Source: Octopus bimaculoides
Taxonomy: Eukaryota
Length of the DNA stretch: 64,000 nt
Reading direction: 5' to 3'
Assembly (NCBI RefSeq): GCF_001194135.2
Contig: NC_068981.1
Span: 94,421,343 to 94,485,342 of the forward strand
Shown here: positions 1 through 64,000 of the stretch, piece by piece
Layout: each line of letters begins with the position of its first letter
Position numbering within the stretch: position 1 is the stretch's first letter
Program-made: the position numbers and the translations under genes
Notes under the pieces: model-generated
Databases searched by the model: none
The model's input: only the letters and a program-made list of their open reading frames with translations
What the model was told of the DNA's origin: nothing

Positions 1-315
1 AATGCTTAGCTGCATTTCATCTGTTTCTACCTTCTGAGTTTAAATGTTGCCAAGGTCAACTTTACTTTTCCTCTTTTGCTGGCCTTGTGTGAATATTAAT
101 GAATATTTATCAAACTCCATTAAGGATACAAAGGAGCAGAAACCTATACTATAGGTAGCAAAATCTTGTGTGCTGATCAAAATAATGAGATAAATAAAAA
201 TGTTAGTTTTTAAAAAATTAGTGAATGTTATCAGTGCCTGGAATATAAAAATACACAGAAATAGCAAAAAAAAAAAAAAAAATATTATTGATAATGTAGT
301 GTCGCATACTCTTAC

Positions 316-63127
<62,812 letters not shown>

Positions 63128-64000
63128 CTGAAAAATAAAGGAATATGTCAATATATAGTCTGTAAAGTTTTGTATTGGTTCAATCATCTTTAAAGTGATC
63201 CAGTTTGTGGTAAGTTCACTTTTGTAACTATCATAGAAAAATATGAATTGAAATTTTGTAATCTAAATATGGAATTCACTGTTATTTGCCATTAGGAAAT
63301 CACAGATGAGTGGAATTTTGACACTGTATCTAGTGAAGGATTTACCTATAAGTTTGGTGGGTTGAAATTTAGGACTTCAGAATCTAGGTGCTCTTTGGTC
63401 AAGGTGTTCAATATTTTTTATACTGTCTTAAGCTTTTTGGGGAAAAGACTCAAAAATGAAATAGCCTTGGACCTTCCTTTTTCTAAATCCAGAGTTGACT
63501 GAATCAGAGTATTATTTTCTGAACCTGATATGATACAGAGTATCCATAAATTACCTTTACAATTTGAAAGATTCAGAAAAAAATTAAAAATAAGAATTAC
63601 TCAGCAGAGTTTATCGGAAAACAGAGACAAATAAATTCTGCTTTATTAGAAATATGAGAACATGTTTATGTGAGCTCCATTGGTTGCATGTGATAAATAG
63701 ATTCAATAAATTGTGGAAGTTGTAAAGATAATTTATGGACATCTTGTATATTCTTCATATTATGTGGGATTGAATATCCCTCATAATTTTTACTGTACTC
63801 ATATCAATTGATATGTGTACATTAAAAATGTTGTTTTCTTCATCATTATCATTGTTTTCATCATAACCTTAGATTAAATTAGATAATTTGCAACTAGCTT
63901 AAATAATTGGAATTGTGCATAACTTTACATAGAATGCTAAAATACATAGCATTCTATAATAATTTATAAACTAAAAAACAACAACCAATGGGTTGCATCA

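Noticed and set aside
40-267. ORF as exon C9
   Set aside because: The acceptor at 238 gives G CAC TGA (stop) in the phase 2 required after B9, and no convincing donor follows
63340-63560. Possible D-type exon upstream of A1
   Set aside because: All three minus-strand frames contain stops between the candidate splice sites

Overview
AT-rich animal genomic DNA, dense in microsatellites, tRNA-derived SINEs and mariner relics, with 7 N-gaps. The repeat families look like Octopus/coleoid cephalopod (inference, not searched). The whole window lies inside one large minus-strand intron-containing gene. I traced 33 exons by hand (AG...GT boundaries, matching phases). They splice into one stop-free frame of 5,795 nt (~1,930 aa) with neither terminus in the window. 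The exons form a strictly repeating four-exon cassette, A(phase 0-0, carries a Cys pair) - B(0-2) - C(2-1) - D(1-0), about 217-247 aa, present in 9 copies. The last copy is cut by the window edge and copy 7 lacks its A exon, probably hidden in an 864-N gap. The product is a helical, Cys-paired, sequon-rich extracellular protein. Its A exons resemble the Cys-x24-Cys segment of the first extracellular domain of ABCA lipid transporters. My best hypothesis is a giant ABCA-like transporter with a tandemly multiplied ectodomain, but no TM or NBD sequence is present to prove it. The introns hold several SINE families, internally deleted mariners with unusually long inverted ends, hAT and mariner MITEs, RTE and CRE-type LINE fragments, hairpins and a 21-bp minisatellite.
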